From the NCBI GenBank assembly GCA_001820935.1, contig MHRI01000030.1:2734-66733 (forward strand): a DNA stretch of 64,000 nucleotides, read 5' to 3'. This DNA comes from Candidatus Taylorbacteria bacterium RIFCSPHIGHO2_01_FULL_51_15 (GTDB taxonomy: Bacteria; Patescibacteriota; Minisyncoccia; Phycocordibacterales; UBA10002). Positions 26,752 through 37,908 of the stretch are shown here, in pieces (within the stretch, counting starts at the first letter, position 1; each line of letters opens with the position of its first letter). A program made the translations under genes and the position numbers. Below the pieces are notes generated by a model, which was not told the origin of the DNA, did not search any database, and saw only the letters and a program-made list of their open reading frames with translations.

Positions 26752-27818
26752 CGTTTTTTTGCCGCCATGGCACGAACTTCATCGCGGTCATGCTCAAGCA
26801 TGATGCGCACTAACTCCTCAAAGCTCGTCTTCGGCTTCCATCCGAGCTCTTTATACGCTTTTGAGGCATCTCCTAAGAGACTGTCAACTTCAGCCTTTCG
26901 GTAATATTTCGGGTCAATCTTCAGAATGATTTTTCCCTTCTCATCCTTCGCCACCTCATCTTGTCCCTTGCCCTCGAATCGAATCTTAAATCCGATGAGG
27001 CGCGCCGCCGTTTCGAAAAATTCGCGCACCGTCCGACTCTCGCCCGTGGCAATTACGAAATCCTCCGGTTGATCCTTTTGGAGCATAAGCCACATAGCCT
27101 CAACATAATCTTGCGCAAATCCCCAGTCACGTTTTGCCTCAAGGTTGCCAAGAAGGAGCGTTTCCTGAAGACCTGCTTCGATCTTGGCGAGAGAGTGAGT
27201 GATCTTACGGGTCACAAAATGTTTTCCGCGTCGTGGCGATTCATGGTTAAACAGGATACCCGAACAGATAAACAAATGATGTCTATTTCGATAGCCTACG
27301 ACATAGTCATCATGAGCCTTCTGTTTAGCTTCTCCATAGGGAGAAACGGGATGGAATGGCGAGGATTCACTCTGGGGAGGTTTCGTCTTACCAAACATCT
27401 CGCTCGTGGATGCTTGGTAGATGCGTACTGAAGGATTCTCCTTCATGGCCGCGTTGACGAGCCGGCCGACACCGTAGTAGTTGATCTCAAAAGTCTCTTC
27501 CGGGCAAAGGAACGAGATACCGACGTCAGACTGCGCCGCAAGATTGTAAATCTCGTCGGGCTTGGCTTCGGCGATGACGCGCTCAAGTGCGCATGCGTCG
27601 CGCATATTACCACTCAGGAGTGTAATTTTTCTCTCCTCGTAGAGGTTTACAATACGCATGAGCGGGTCGGTACTGGTGCGGCGGAGCATTCCAAAGACTT
27701 CGTAGCCTTTTGCGACAAGGAAATCCGCCAAGTAGGAACCATCCTGGCCGGTAATGCCGGTTATGAGGGCACGTTTTTTCATATCGAACAGTATAGCGTG
27801 TGTATTTCTTTTCTTCAA
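26748..27818 (-). CDS. gmd: GDP-mannose 4,6-dehydratase
   Basis: 'ALITGITGQDGSYLADFLVAKGYEVFGMLRR'. 'YGEAKQKAHDDYVVGYRNRHHLF' motif. Confidence 0.9.
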   Translation of the reverse strand: MKKRNTHAILFDMKKRALITGITGQDGSYLADFLVAKGYEVFGMLRRTSTDPLMRIVNLYEERKITLLSGNMRDACALERVIAEAKPDEIYNLAAQSDVGISFLCPEETFEINYYGVGRLVNAAMKENPSVRIYQASTSEMFGKTKPPQSESSPFHPVSPYGEAKQKAHDDYVVGYRNRHHLFICSGILFNHESPRRGKHFVTRKITHSLAKIEAGLQETLLLGNLEAKRDWGFAQDYVEAMWLMLQKDQPEDFVIATGESRTVREFFETAARLIGFKIRFEGKGQDEVAKDEKGKIILKIDPKYYRKAEVDSLLGDASKAYKELGWKPKTSFEELVRIMLEHDRDEVRAMAAKKR

Positions 27819-27916
27819 TTCGGGGAGAGATAAGTTGCATTATCCCTCGACCCAGCTTACAGTAGATGCGCAAGAAGTTTCGATATAATTCTTTTGGAAT
27901 TTTTAACATACCATAG

Positions 27917-28651
27917 ATGAAAGGAGTCATTTTAGCGGGTGGCGATGCCACAAGACTTCGTCCACTTACCCTCGTGACGAATAAGCATTTGCTTCCGGTA
28001 TACAATAAGCCGCTCATTTACTACGGGATCGAAACGCTCGTGAACGCGGGAATTGACCGTATTATGGTCGTCACCTCTCCTCGCCACGTCGAGAACTTCG
28101 TGGGGCTCCTCGGTTCCGGCCAGCACTTCATTTCGAAAAGGGACGGCAAACAAATTCAGATCGTGTATGGCATCCAGAACGGGCCGTCGGGAATCGCGGA
28201 CGGTCTCTATATCGCCAAGGACTATATCGGGAGCGAGAGCTGTGCGCTCTACCTTGGAGACAATATCTTCGAAGATGATCTTCGGGTTCCCATTTCTGAT
28301 TTCAAGCGCGGGGCGATGGTTTTCCTGAAGGAGGTGACGGATCCAAAACGATTTGGCGTGGCGAACGTGGACGCGAAGGGAAACGTCCTTGGTATCGAAG
28401 AGAAACCAAAGGAGCCAAAATCCAATCTTGCAGTGACCGGCCTGTATCTCTACGATCATTCGGTATTTGAGAAAATGATCGGGCAACCTATGTCCGAGCG
28501 GGGAGAGTACGAGATCACCTACCTCAACAACAAATACATCGAAGAGGGAACACTAAGATCAGTACGCCTTCGCAAAGAATGGTTCGACGCCGGCACGACC
28601 GATAGCTTGCTCGAGGCAGGGAACTTTATGAGGAATAAAAAGCAGGCGTGA
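27917..28651 (+). CDS. Sugar-phosphate nucleotidyltransferase, RmlA-like short form (glucose-1-phosphate thymidylyltransferase family)
   Basis: 'MKGVILAGGDATRLRPLTLVTNKHLLPVYNKPLIYY' is the RmlA/GalU signature. Confidence 0.75.
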   Translation: MKGVILAGGDATRLRPLTLVTNKHLLPVYNKPLIYYGIETLVNAGIDRIMVVTSPRHVENFVGLLGSGQHFISKRDGKQIQIVYGIQNGPSGIADGLYIAKDYIGSESCALYLGDNIFEDDLRVPISDFKRGAMVFLKEVTDPKRFGVANVDAKGNVLGIEEKPKEPKSNLAVTGLYLYDHSVFEKMIGQPMSERGEYEITYLNNKYIEEGTLRSVRLRKEWFDAGTTDSLLEAGNFMRNKKQA

Positions 28652-29397
28652 GCTTTATGGCAACGACACACCCACACTCACTCTCCATTTTCTTCCCCTG
28701 CTACAACGACAAGGGAACGATAGGAACACTCGTGCTTGAAGCCGTCCGGGTCGCGAAGACTTTAACGAGCGACTTCGAGGTGATCGTGATCGAAGACGGT
28801 TCAACCGACGGTAGCCGCGAGTTCCTCCTCGATCTTAAGCTGAAAAACGAGATTCCCGAATTCAAACTCGTCCTCCATGAACAGAATAAAGGGTATGGAG
28901 CGGTGCTCCAGAGCGGCTTCAAAACCGCCCGCAAGGAGCTTGTCTTTTATACCGACGGTGACGGGCAGTACGATGTGCGGGAACTCCCTCGCCTCTGGGA
29001 AAAAATGACGCCCGATATGGACGTCGTCAATGGGTACAAAATCAAGCGCCATGACCCGTTCCACCGCATCATCATCGGCCTTCTGTATCAATATGTGATG
29101 AAGTTTGCGTTCGGGCTCGCCATCAAGGACGTTGACTGCGACTTTCGACTCATTCGCCGGAAGGTATTCGATGTGGTTGAGCTAAAAAGCACAACCGGTA
29201 CCGTCACCATCGAGCTTGTAAAGAGGATACAGCAGGCCGGGTTTCGCTTTACTGAGGTGGGCGTTTCGCACCATTTCCGCACGTACGGCACGTCGCAATT
29301 TTTCAATTTCAGGCGCGTGTTCAAAACGCTGTGGAAGCTCATTTTCCTGTGGGTGGATCTTATGGTTATTCATCGAACCGCGAAACAATCAGCATGA
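28648..29397 (+). CDS. Glycosyltransferase family 2
   Basis: 'LSIFFPCYNDKGTI' and 'VIVIEDGSTDGS' motifs. 'FYTDGDGQYD' DXD motif. Confidence 0.8.
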   Translation: MSFMATTHPHSLSIFFPCYNDKGTIGTLVLEAVRVAKTLTSDFEVIVIEDGSTDGSREFLLDLKLKNEIPEFKLVLHEQNKGYGAVLQSGFKTARKELVFYTDGDGQYDVRELPRLWEKMTPDMDVVNGYKIKRHDPFHRIIIGLLYQYVMKFAFGLAIKDVDCDFRLIRRKVFDVVELKSTTGTVTIELVKRIQQAGFRFTEVGVSHHFRTYGTSQFFNFRRVFKTLWKLIFLWVDLMVIHRTAKQSA

Positions 29398-29987
29398 AAA
29401 GCGCTCTCCTCGCATGGCTTGGCAGGAAGCCCGCTCTCGCGATCATTCTTCGAAGGGCAGTGGAGCTTAACTTTCGGAAAGAGAAAGCGGCCATCCACCG
29501 CTTCCTTCTCCCTCTCAAAGAAGGCGCGCAAGTGCTTGATATTGGCTCCGGCACGGGTGAGTTTGCCCCGCTTTTCCCCGTCTTACAGTACACAGGCATT
29601 GATCTTGATCCGAAGAATATCGCCTACGCGAAACGGCACTACCCGCATCGCTTCGACGTTGCGGACGCGACGGCTCTCCCGTTCTCGCCCCAGAGTTTCA
29701 GCGCGGCGCTCATCGTCGGCGTCCTGCATCATCTTTCAAAGGAGGACGCCGCACAAGCGCTTCGAGAGCTCCGGCGCGTGCTCCTGCCAGGCGGGCGCGC
29801 ACTTATCATGGAAGATACGCACTCACCTCGCTTTTATGTCCGCTCCATGCAGAAGATAGATCAGGGAGCTCACATCAGGAGTTTCGAGGAGTGGCAATCT
29901 CTCATCGGGAGCGCCTTCACCCTGGAAGAGGCGGGCAGATTCCACAATGGCCTTGCCCATTACTCATATTTTGTCTGTCGGAGTTGA
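29394..29987 (+). CDS. Class I SAM-dependent methyltransferase
   Basis: 'VLDIGSGTGEF' motif I. 'LLPGGRALIMED'. Start at ATG 29394 (ATGA overlap). Confidence 0.65.
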   Translation: MKSALLAWLGRKPALAIILRRAVELNFRKEKAAIHRFLLPLKEGAQVLDIGSGTGEFAPLFPVLQYTGIDLDPKNIAYAKRHYPHRFDVADATALPFSPQSFSAALIVGVLHHLSKEDAAQALRELRRVLLPGGRALIMEDTHSPRFYVRSMQKIDQGAHIRSFEEWQSLIGSAFTLEEAGRFHNGLAHYSYFVCRS

Positions 29988-30022
29988 CCAAGCGCGTCAA
30001 ACTAGCGATACTACAGTGCGTT

Positions 30023-31288
30023 ATGAAGACTAGTCCCACACATGATGTGCCTCCGGGCAAGCTCGAGAGATGCCAGATCACCGGCTCGAAGAATCTCTTT
30101 GAGGTTATTGATCTTGGTCATCAACCACCCTGCGACTCGCTTCTTTCCAAGGAGATGCTCGACCAGCCTGAAGTTCACTACCCGCTTCGCCTCATGATCT
30201 GTCCCGATTCCGGCCTCGCACAGCTTGACCACATCGTTGATGGCAAGGTCATCTATCCTGCGAGCTATCCCTATCGGGCCGGCATCTCGGAGCCACTGCG
30301 CGTCTATCAGAAGGCATTTGCCGACGGTATCGTCAAAGATTTCGGCGTACCCAAAGACTCGCTGTGTGTTGATGTCGGTTCAAACGATGGGACACTGCTT
30401 ACCGGTTTTCGCCGGAACGGGATGCGCACACTTGGGGTGGAGCCGACCGATATCGCTAAGATCGCGAGGAAAGAGAACAAGATCGATACCCTCCAGGAAT
30501 TCTTTACGGAAGAAGTGGCCAAGGGAATCGTCAAAAAACATGGTGAGGCGAAGGTCATCACCATGACCAACGTCTTTGCCCACATGGCTCCACTCGGCGA
30601 GGTGATGCGTGGCCTTAAAACTTTACTCGATATGAGTGGTGTCTTCATTACCGAGAGCCAGTACTTACTCGATGTCCTCGAAGGCAATCAGTTCGACGGT
30701 ATCTATCACGAGCATATCCGAACGTATAGTCTAAGATCTCTCGTCACGCTTGCTCCTTACTACGACCTTGAGGTGTTCGACGTCACTCGCGCGTCGCGAT
30801 ACGGGGGCAATATTCGCGCCTACTTCGCCCGTAAAGGAGTACGCAAGGTGCACACACGAGTTAAGGAACTTCTCGCACTTGAAGAGAAGGCAGGCCTTTT
30901 CAAACCGGAAACCTGGGCGGCATGGAGAGCGCGCGTCGCGGAAAATCGGCGGCGCCTCATGGAGCTTGCGTATGCAGCGAAGCGAAAAGGGCTGCGCTTC
31001 GTGGCAGATTCGTGTCCCGGCCGCGGCGCGGTGCTCGTCAACTACTACGGGCTCGATGAGACGCTTATGCCATACATCGCGCAACTTCCCGGCTCTGAGA
31101 AGATAGGGAAGTTTCTCCCGGGGACGCATATTCCTATCGTTGACAACAAGATCATCCTAAAGGAACAACCGGACTATATCGTTATACTGGCCTGGCACTA
31201 TGGCGACTACATTATCAAAGAATGGCGGGCGAAAGGAGTTACCTCTACGTTCGTCCTTCCGCTCCCAGAGTTTAAGATAGTAAAATGA
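30023..31288 (+). CDS. Sugar C-methyltransferase (TylC3/NovU-like; zinc-ribbon plus Methyltransf_13/14 architecture)
   Basis: N-terminal '[22 protein letters not shown]' zinc-binding domain. '[12 protein letters not shown]' SAM motif. Long C-terminal domain typical of NDP-hexose C-methyltransferases. Confidence 0.7.
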   Translation: MKTSPTHDVPPGKLERCQITGSKNLFEVIDLGHQPPCDSLLSKEMLDQPEVHYPLRLMICPDSGLAQLDHIVDGKVIYPASYPYRAGISEPLRVYQKAFADGIVKDFGVPKDSLCVDVGSNDGTLLTGFRRNGMRTLGVEPTDIAKIARKENKIDTLQEFFTEEVAKGIVKKHGEAKVITMTNVFAHMAPLGEVMRGLKTLLDMSGVFITESQYLLDVLEGNQFDGIYHEHIRTYSLRSLVTLAPYYDLEVFDVTRASRYGGNIRAYFARKGVRKVHTRVKELLALEEKAGLFKPETWAAWRARVAENRRRLMELAYAAKRKGLRFVADSCPGRGAVLVNYYGLDETLMPYIAQLPGSEKIGKFLPGTHIPIVDNKIILKEQPDYIVILAWHYGDYIIKEWRAKGVTSTFVLPLPEFKIVK

Positions 31289-32391
31289 TGATCCCGTTCT
31301 ATGATCTGAAGAAGATACACGCTCGTTACAAAGAGGAGCTTACAGATGCGGCCGCGCGCGTCATAGAGGGAGGTCAGTACATTCTCGGGCAGGAAGTGGA
31401 GGCTTTCGAAAAAGCCTTTGCGCTCTACTGCGGCGTACCGTACACAATCGGCACGGGCAACGGACTCGACGCACTCACTCTCATTATCCGCGGATACAAA
31501 GAACTCGGCGTGCTAAAGGAAGGTGACGAGGTGCTCGTGCCGGCGAATACCTACATCGCGACCATTATCTCCATTACCGAAAACCGCCTGAAACCGGTGC
31601 TCGTGGAACCGGATAGACATACTTACAACCTCGACGCGGCACTTCTCGAAAAGCATATTACCTCAAAGACAAAGGCGATACTCATCGTGCATCTCTACGG
31701 AAGGGTCGGCTACTTTGAAGCGCTACACCTCCTTGCAAAGAAACATCATCTCAAGATTATTGAGGATGCCGCCCAAGCGCACGGGGCGGAATATAAAGGG
31801 ATAAAAACCGGCGCACTCGGAGACGCTGCCGGGTTCAGTTTTTATCCGTCTAAACCCCTCGGTGCGCTCGGAGATGCGGGCGGGGTCACTACAAGTGATT
31901 CGAAACTGGCTGGAGTCGTACGAGCCCTCCGCAATTACGGAAGTCACGAAAAATATCACAACCTCTTTCAGGGAGTGAATAGCCGTCTTGATGAACTGCA
32001 GGCGGCATTGCTTCGAGTAAAGCTCACCCATCTTGATACAGAAAATGAAGAAAGGCGCACTATCGCGCAAAGGTACCTTCGGGAGATACGGAATGAGAAG
32101 CTCATACTGCCCGAGGAACCAGCTTCTTCAAAGGAGCATGTCTGGCACCTGTTTGTCGTCCGCACCAGAAAGCGGGACGCATTTCAAGCATATCTTGCAC
32201 GGAAGGGTATTGAGACTCTGATCCATTACCCAATTCCCCCTCACAAACAGCCTGCATTTAAAACATGGAGCACTATGAGCTACCCCGTGAGCGAGGAGAT
32301 ACACAAAACGGCACTCTCGCTTCCGCTTAGCTCCGCGATGAGTGAAGAGGAGGTGGGGGAGGTCATCAATGCGTGTAATGAGTTTGAATAA
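31285..32391 (+). CDS. DegT/DnrJ/EryC1/StrS family PLP-dependent sugar aminotransferase
   Basis: '[17 protein letters not shown]...[22 protein letters not shown]'. PLP-lysine context '[16 protein letters not shown]'. Confidence 0.85.
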   Translation: MMIPFYDLKKIHARYKEELTDAAARVIEGGQYILGQEVEAFEKAFALYCGVPYTIGTGNGLDALTLIIRGYKELGVLKEGDEVLVPANTYIATIISITENRLKPVLVEPDRHTYNLDAALLEKHITSKTKAILIVHLYGRVGYFEALHLLAKKHHLKIIEDAAQAHGAEYKGIKTGALGDAAGFSFYPSKPLGALGDAGGVTTSDSKLAGVVRALRNYGSHEKYHNLFQGVNSRLDELQAALLRVKLTHLDTENEERRTIAQRYLREIRNEKLILPEEPASSKEHVWHLFVVRTRKRDAFQAYLARKGIETLIHYPIPPHKQPAFKTWSTMSYPVSEEIHKTALSLPLSSAMSEEEVGEVINACNEFE

Positions 32392-32402
32392 CACTAAGTC
32401 AC

Positions 32403-34235
32403 ATGATCCCTTTTGAGTCACTGCGAAAGCGCGTATTCATGGGGTGCAGGAAACACCAGGTCGCTCTTTACGGCGCCCTTCTTGTAGGCGCGATCTACAT
32501 CGCCCCGCACCTTTTCTTCATGGCCTCCCTTGGCGAGGCGTATCGCGGGATTCCGATGATGCGTACTTCCAATGAAGATTTTTATCTCGCGCGTGTTCAA
32601 GAAATACTGGATGGACACCCCGGAGTCGGCTCTCCGGCATTTTGGGAATATAAAGAGGGGCCGCCGCTTTCACCTCCGGTGGGGGAGTTTCTGTACGCGC
32701 TTCCCAGTCTCATCTTTGGTATTTCACCGACCAGCACACTTCTTTCGAGCAGGTTTTTTCTACCCGCGCTTCTCTTCTTTCTTGTCTACCTGTTGGTACG
32801 GAGATTGAATGAAGATGAAGATACCTTTGCGAGCACCCTAAGTGCCATTGCGGGTGGACTACTCGTAACCCTTGGCTACGATCTTGTTGACTACCGAGCG
32901 GTTTGGAGTTTTTTAAATCAAACAGCTTCCCCAGTCCATTTCCTTGTTTGGTCGAGGCCGATCAATCCCGTGCTTGGGGCTATACTACTTTTTTCTTTTT
33001 TCCTTTCGCTCACATCGCTTGTGCAAGGAAGTCCTTACCGGAAATGGACAATAGCTAGTGCTTCCGCATGTTTCGCCCTTATGATAGGAAGCTACTTTTT
33101 CAGCTGGGGCATCGCCCTTTCGGTTATCACTTTTCTCGCGCTCACCTACCTGTTTCTTCGGAAATACCGCATTGTCGGCGATCTCTCGCTCATTGTTCTT
33201 TTTACCGCGATTCTTTCTTCCCCGTATTGGTACGCAACATGGCGAGCGGCACAGAGCCCCTGGTACGAAGCATCGGTGTTCCGAAACGGTCTCTTTTACA
33301 CCCACTACCCGTTGCTTAACAAGTTCCTCCTTGCCGCGCTCCTCGTCTTTCTGCTCCTCGCGCTCCTTGAGTTTTTACAAAAACGACGCATCGGTATGCC
33401 ATGGGGTATCAAAACATGGCATACCTTTTCTCTCGCTTTTCTCCTCGGGGGCTTGTGGGTTTACAGTCAACAGATGGTTACCGGGCGCACCGTGTGGCCC
33501 TATCATTTTGTACAGTACACCATCCCTCTCTCTATGGTGGTTATCACGGTAAGCCTTTTTCACACGCGGAAATTTCTTTTCTACGGATGGCATACTTTCG
33601 TTTCCGCGGCTCTGCTGGGGTCACTTTTATTCGCGATCTTGCTACAGGGGAGTGTGTATGAGCAGTCTCTTTCGTACTACACTAGGCTCCAATCAAAAGC
33701 TTCACTTTTCGATTTTTTGAATAGAAGAGAAAGAGATTGCGTCGTGCTCGTCGCGGACCGGGCCGCGGAGAGCTACACCCTTCATGGTCTCATTCCCGCT
33801 TTCACACATTGCAACACCTATAATTCAAACTGGGGGTATTCACTGATGCCCGACGAGCGAATACAACATAATTATCTTGTATATCTCCTTATGCGGGGTG
33901 TTACCGCGGAGGGAGTGGAAGCATATGTTCACAATAATGAAGGAGACGCGCGCGGCTACCTTTTTTCCAACTGGAAGGGGCTTTACGGCATCAGAGATTT
34001 TCCGGATTTTTCAGATACCGTAACGGAAGAACGGCTCGCAAAAATTCCAGAAATCTACCGGGCGTTTCTCGAAAAGGACATCACACAGGAACTTAGAAAG
34101 TACCGCCTCGACTATCTTCTATTTGAAGGTAAGCCGACTGCAGAACTGCTCCAGAGGTTAGACATCTCTTCCTCCGCTCCTATTTTCGAAGAGGGGGGAG
34201 TCTTTGTGTATGCGTTTTCTCGTTCATCCCCCTAA
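32403..34235 (+). CDS. Large polytopic membrane protein (possible glycan polymerase or transferase, GT-C-like)
   Basis: About 12 TM helices then a ~180-aa C-terminal soluble domain. No motif recognised. Confidence 0.45.
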   Translation: MIPFESLRKRVFMGCRKHQVALYGALLVGAIYIAPHLFFMASLGEAYRGIPMMRTSNEDFYLARVQEILDGHPGVGSPAFWEYKEGPPLSPPVGEFLYALPSLIFGISPTSTLLSSRFFLPALLFFLVYLLVRRLNEDEDTFASTLSAIAGGLLVTLGYDLVDYRAVWSFLNQTASPVHFLVWSRPINPVLGAILLFSFFLSLTSLVQGSPYRKWTIASASACFALMIGSYFFSWGIALSVITFLALTYLFLRKYRIVGDLSLIVLFTAILSSPYWYATWRAAQSPWYEASVFRNGLFYTHYPLLNKFLLAALLVFLLLALLEFLQKRRIGMPWGIKTWHTFSLAFLLGGLWVYSQQMVTGRTVWPYHFVQYTIPLSMVVITVSLFHTRKFLFYGWHTFVSAALLGSLLFAILLQGSVYEQSLSYYTRLQSKASLFDFLNRRERDCVVLVADRAAESYTLHGLIPAFTHCNTYNSNWGYSLMPDERIQHNYLVYLLMRGVTAEGVEAYVHNNEGDARGYLFSNWKGLYGIRDFPDFSDTVTEERLAKIPEIYRAFLEKDITQELRKYRLDYLLFEGKPTAELLQRLDISSSAPIFEEGGVFVYAFSRSSP

Positions 34236-34373
34236 CTCGTGCCTATTCTCGGAATATCCGCGGTTCACCGCGATAGCGCCGCAGTGCCTGTTGTAGCTTC
34301 GGGAAATCTAAGAACTTGAAGGAGAAGGAGCATTACACTCCTTCGAAATACCCGAGGATCGCTACACCACTTT

Positions 34374-36020
34374 TTGAACCAGAAGCGTTTTTTGATTTTT
34401 ACATTCGGGCGGGCTATAGTTATCCACGCTTCCATGGAACAAGAGAGCCCTCAAGCCGTACCTACCTTTGCGCGAAAGTTCGACAAACTGGCCTTATTTC
34501 ATCCAGTGTTCTTGGCCGTGTATCTTATGCTGTTTCTCTTTTCATACAACAAGGAGCAGTTGCAGTTTGGAAACATTATCCTACCTCTCCTTCTCACCCT
34601 ACTCTTTGTAGGTGGGGTATATCTTGTCACCTTCGCTTTTATCAAGCATAAGCAGACATCGGCGCTTATCGCATCTCTTAGTCTCATTTTCTTTTTCGCC
34701 TATGGCACGGCGTACGCCCCGATCGAGTACCTTAAAATCGGAGATGTCATCGTCGGACGGTTTCGGTACTTCTTTCCCGCGTGGTCGCTCCTCTTCCTTC
34801 TTATCGCGTACGGGATTGTGAGGATGCGCAGCTATACCAAGATCGCAACAAAGTTCATCGCCGTCGTTGGACTGACCCTCTTACTTTTCCCCGTGATTGA
34901 TATTGCCGCCTTCACTTTGCGAAACAACGATGAGGTCTCTCACACTTTCACAGGCCTCAAATCGGGCGAGGAAACTATCGCAGAAAGTCCTGACATTTAT
35001 TACCTCATTCTTGATCAGTACGCTCATGCAGAAACGCTTAAAGCGGCAGGCTTCGACAATACGTCTTTCATAAACGCACTTGAAGACAGAGGCTTTATGG
35101 TCAGGAAGAGAAGTGCGACCAATTATCCACTCACCAGCACTTCGCTCACCTCGTCACTCAACATGAGATACATAGAGGGGGAAAGGGAACTCGAAGACGC
35201 GGGAAGACAAGCATTTCGTGCCATACGCGATAACGCCGCTCAACGGTTCCTAAAGAACCGTGGGTATACCACCATTCACTTCGATACAGGAGTAAGCATT
35301 ACCGAGTATAATGAGTTTGCGGACGTCAACATCTCCTGCGGACGAGTGAGCGAACTTTGGGCGCTCATTATACGGATGACGCCGCTCAAGATCCTGGATC
35401 GCCGCTATCGGATTGTTGACGGTGATCATCGAGGAAGAATCCTCTGTCAGTTTGAGCGACTTGCCGAGGTTCCTTTCATGGAAGGAGAGATTCCCAAATT
35501 TGTTTTTGCGCATATCGTTTCTCCGCATGCACCCTTTGTGTTCGGCCCAAACGGCGAAAATGTAGATACATCTTTTCTCGGTGTTGACGTTGAACAACCA
35601 GGCGGAGAGAAGCTGTATCTTGAACAACTTCAGTATCTTAATACACTTGTTCTCGACACGGTGACCAAGATACAGGAACGCTCGAAGCGTCCGCCCGTTA
35701 TCATTATCCATTCAGACCACGGGTCAAGCTCGCGCCCGAGGGAGGTGTGGGATAATCCAACAGACGAGTTTTTGAACGAGAGAATGCGAAACTTCATGGC
35801 GCTCTACGCTCCCACCGTAGATCGAGAGATTTTCGCGAAAAAGGTAACGACTCCAGTGAACATCTTCCGCTTCATCTTCAATGAGTATTTCGACGCCAAC
35901 TTTCCGTTACTTGAGGAACGTAGCTACTTCGCGTCGATCAAGAAACCTTTCATTTTTACCGATGTCACCGATCGTTTAGAGTTCGCCTCCCCTGACGTGT
36001 TTCCGCCTTCGAAGCGGTAG
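34374..36020 (+). CDS. Membrane-anchored sulfatase/alkaline-phosphatase-superfamily protein (LTA-synthase or phosphoglycerol/phospho-substituent transferase-like)
   Basis: 5 N-terminal TM helices, then 'YYLILDQYAH' and 'HIVSPHAPFVFGP' sulfatase-fold motifs. Confidence 0.55.
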   Translation: MNQKRFLIFTFGRAIVIHASMEQESPQAVPTFARKFDKLALFHPVFLAVYLMLFLFSYNKEQLQFGNIILPLLLTLLFVGGVYLVTFAFIKHKQTSALIASLSLIFFFAYGTAYAPIEYLKIGDVIVGRFRYFFPAWSLLFLLIAYGIVRMRSYTKIATKFIAVVGLTLLLFPVIDIAAFTLRNNDEVSHTFTGLKSGEETIAESPDIYYLILDQYAHAETLKAAGFDNTSFINALEDRGFMVRKRSATNYPLTSTSLTSSLNMRYIEGERELEDAGRQAFRAIRDNAAQRFLKNRGYTTIHFDTGVSITEYNEFADVNISCGRVSELWALIIRMTPLKILDRRYRIVDGDHRGRILCQFERLAEVPFMEGEIPKFVFAHIVSPHAPFVFGPNGENVDTSFLGVDVEQPGGEKLYLEQLQYLNTLVLDTVTKIQERSKRPPVIIIHSDHGSSSRPREVWDNPTDEFLNERMRNFMALYAPTVDREIFAKKVTTPVNIFRFIFNEYFDANFPLLEERSYFASIKKPFIFTDVTDRLEFASPDVFPPSKR

Positions 36021-36026
36021 GGACTT

Positions 36027-36353
36027 TTGAGTTTTCGAGTGCGACATTATCAATTAATCAGCATATATATGAGACACACCACACATCGGCGGCAGCATAT
36101 TCTCGGCATGGTCGGCTTACTCGCCGTGCTTTCACTTATTGTACCGCGATCGGCGAGCGCCTATCTTGATCCCGGAACGGGGAGCTTCATCATTCAGGTC
36201 CTTCTTGCCGCAGTTGCGGGTGTGGGCTACTTGGTTAAGGTGTTTTGGAATGGTATCAAGAACTTTTTCTCCTCGCTTTTCTCGAGTAAGCGAAAGACGC
36301 CGCCTGAGGGTATGAGCACTAACCATGACCAAGATCAAAAAGGAACTTCGTGA
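36027..36353 (+). CDS. Hypothetical small membrane protein
   Basis: 108 aa. Signal-like segment then TM 'FIIQVLLAAVAGVGYLV'. Confidence 0.3.
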   Translation: MSFRVRHYQLISIYMRHTTHRRQHILGMVGLLAVLSLIVPRSASAYLDPGTGSFIIQVLLAAVAGVGYLVKVFWNGIKNFFSSLFSSKRKTPPEGMSTNHDQDQKGTS

Positions 36354-37458
36354 TTGTTTTCGATTCTTTTTCCGGACGACTGCAGAAGAAAAACGAATCG
36401 TCTTTTACTCCGAATACCGAAGCTATTATTCGTATTTTGAAGGTGCAATACGGGAGCTCTTAGAGACGCATAAAGCTCCTCTCTGCTATGTCACTTCTGA
36501 CTTTTCGGATCCGATCTTGCAAAGCCCTCTCCCCATTCGGACATTCTACGTACATCGGTTGCTCCCTCTGTTCATGTTATTTCTTGACGCGCGTGTGTGC
36601 GTTATGACGCTCACCGATCTCAATAAATTTCACCTCCGCCGCTCGATGCGGAACGTACACTACGTCTACATCTTCCATTCACTCATCAGCACGCACATGC
36701 AGTATCGGGAAGGAGCCTTCGACCATTACGATACGATTCTCTGTGCCGGCCCGCACCATATGAGGGAAATCCGCCAACGGGAGGAGATGATAAATTTGCC
36801 GAAGAAGAATCTTGTACCGGCCGGCTACTACCGCGTGGAGCGCGTAAAAGAGGCCTTCCTATCGGCGCCTTTAAAACTCTCATCAGAACCGAAAGTCGTT
36901 CTGGTAGCGCCTTCGTGGGGGAAGCAGAACATTCTTGAAGTCTGCGGAGCTTCGCTCGTGCGGCTACTAATTGCTGCGGGACATCATGTCACCGTGCGTC
37001 CTCACCCCGAAACGATGCGACGCTCTCCGGAACTTATCGCCAATCTTGAAGACGAATTCGGTAGGATGAAAGGATTCATACTCGAAAAATCAGTGGCGGG
37101 CTTTTCTTCACTCGTTGCGGCAGATGTTCTTATCACCGACTGGTCGGGAGTGGCGTTCGAATACGCCTTCGGGACCGAACGTCCGGTCCTGTTCCTGGAT
37201 GTTCCAAAAAAGGTTAATAACCCCTCATTCGAGACGTTGCACCTCCAGCCTCTAGAGGTGGTGGCGCGCGAGAAGATCGGCATTGTCATCTCTCCTACGC
37301 GCCTCGAAGAAGTAATCCCGGCTATCACCAAGCTCGTGGAGAAGCGAGAAGAGTACCACACATGCATCAGGACTTTGCGCAGTGAGACGGTGTATGAGCT
37401 CGGCTCATCGTCTAGGGCAATGGGAGAAAGTATTATGAGTCTTGCCCGCTCTCTATGA
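36325..37458 (+). CDS. CDP-glycerol glycerophosphotransferase family protein (TagB/TagF-like)
   Basis: 'VVLVAPSWGKQN' and 'RPHPE' segments. 'LITDWSGVAFEYAFGTERPVLFLD' matches the TagB/F C-terminal catalytic region. Confidence 0.65.
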   Translation: MTKIKKELRDCFRFFFRTTAEEKRIVFYSEYRSYYSYFEGAIRELLETHKAPLCYVTSDFSDPILQSPLPIRTFYVHRLLPLFMLFLDARVCVMTLTDLNKFHLRRSMRNVHYVYIFHSLISTHMQYREGAFDHYDTILCAGPHHMREIRQREEMINLPKKNLVPAGYYRVERVKEAFLSAPLKLSSEPKVVLVAPSWGKQNILEVCGASLVRLLIAAGHHVTVRPHPETMRRSPELIANLEDEFGRMKGFILEKSVAGFSSLVAADVLITDWSGVAFEYAFGTERPVLFLDVPKKVNNPSFETLHLQPLEVVAREKIGIVISPTRLEEVIPAITKLVEKREEYHTCIRTLRSETVYELGSSSRAMGESIMSLARSL

Positions 37459-37907
37459 TTGCACCCACCCCTTCCTCGGCACTCGTCACCAAAGTTCTGC
37501 GTGAACTTCCTCCTTTCGAGACGGAGCAGGAGGGACAGATCTACACAGCCCTCATCGCAGAGAGACTTCTTCGTGCCTGGCCGCAGAACCTTTCCAAAGA
37601 TGACCTCGAATTTCTGAATATACTTTGCCGCAAGATCGAGGTCACGAAGAAACTTCTCTTGTCGTATGAGCTTCAGTGGAAACAGCCGAAGATACCGGTA
37701 GCACTGCCTCCTTCTTTTTTCCCTTTGATACTCTCTGTGCTCCTATTTCTTCCTGCTTTTCCCGGAGGAGACAAAGGACAGGCATTAAAACAGCTTAGCG
37801 CCGCATTCACGCTTATTGACCGCGCGGGAGATGGGGGAGGTGTGAGTGTACTAGACGAACTTCGCCGCTACGCGGAGGAGAGATTAACTCTGCTCACGAA
37901 AGACTGA
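37455..37907 (+). CDS. Hypothetical protein
   Basis: 150-aa ORF translationally coupled to flanking genes. Confidence 0.35.
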   Translation: MIAPTPSSALVTKVLRELPPFETEQEGQIYTALIAERLLRAWPQNLSKDDLEFLNILCRKIEVTKKLLLSYELQWKQPKIPVALPPSFFPLILSVLLFLPAFPGGDKGQALKQLSAAFTLIDRAGDGGGVSVLDELRRYAEERLTLLTKD

Positions 37908-37908
37908 T

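Noticed and set aside
34499-34687. Small ORFs in the 34236-34373 spacer and antisense to the sulfatase-like gene
   Set aside because: Short, no RBS, and they overlap a well-supported membrane-protein gene.
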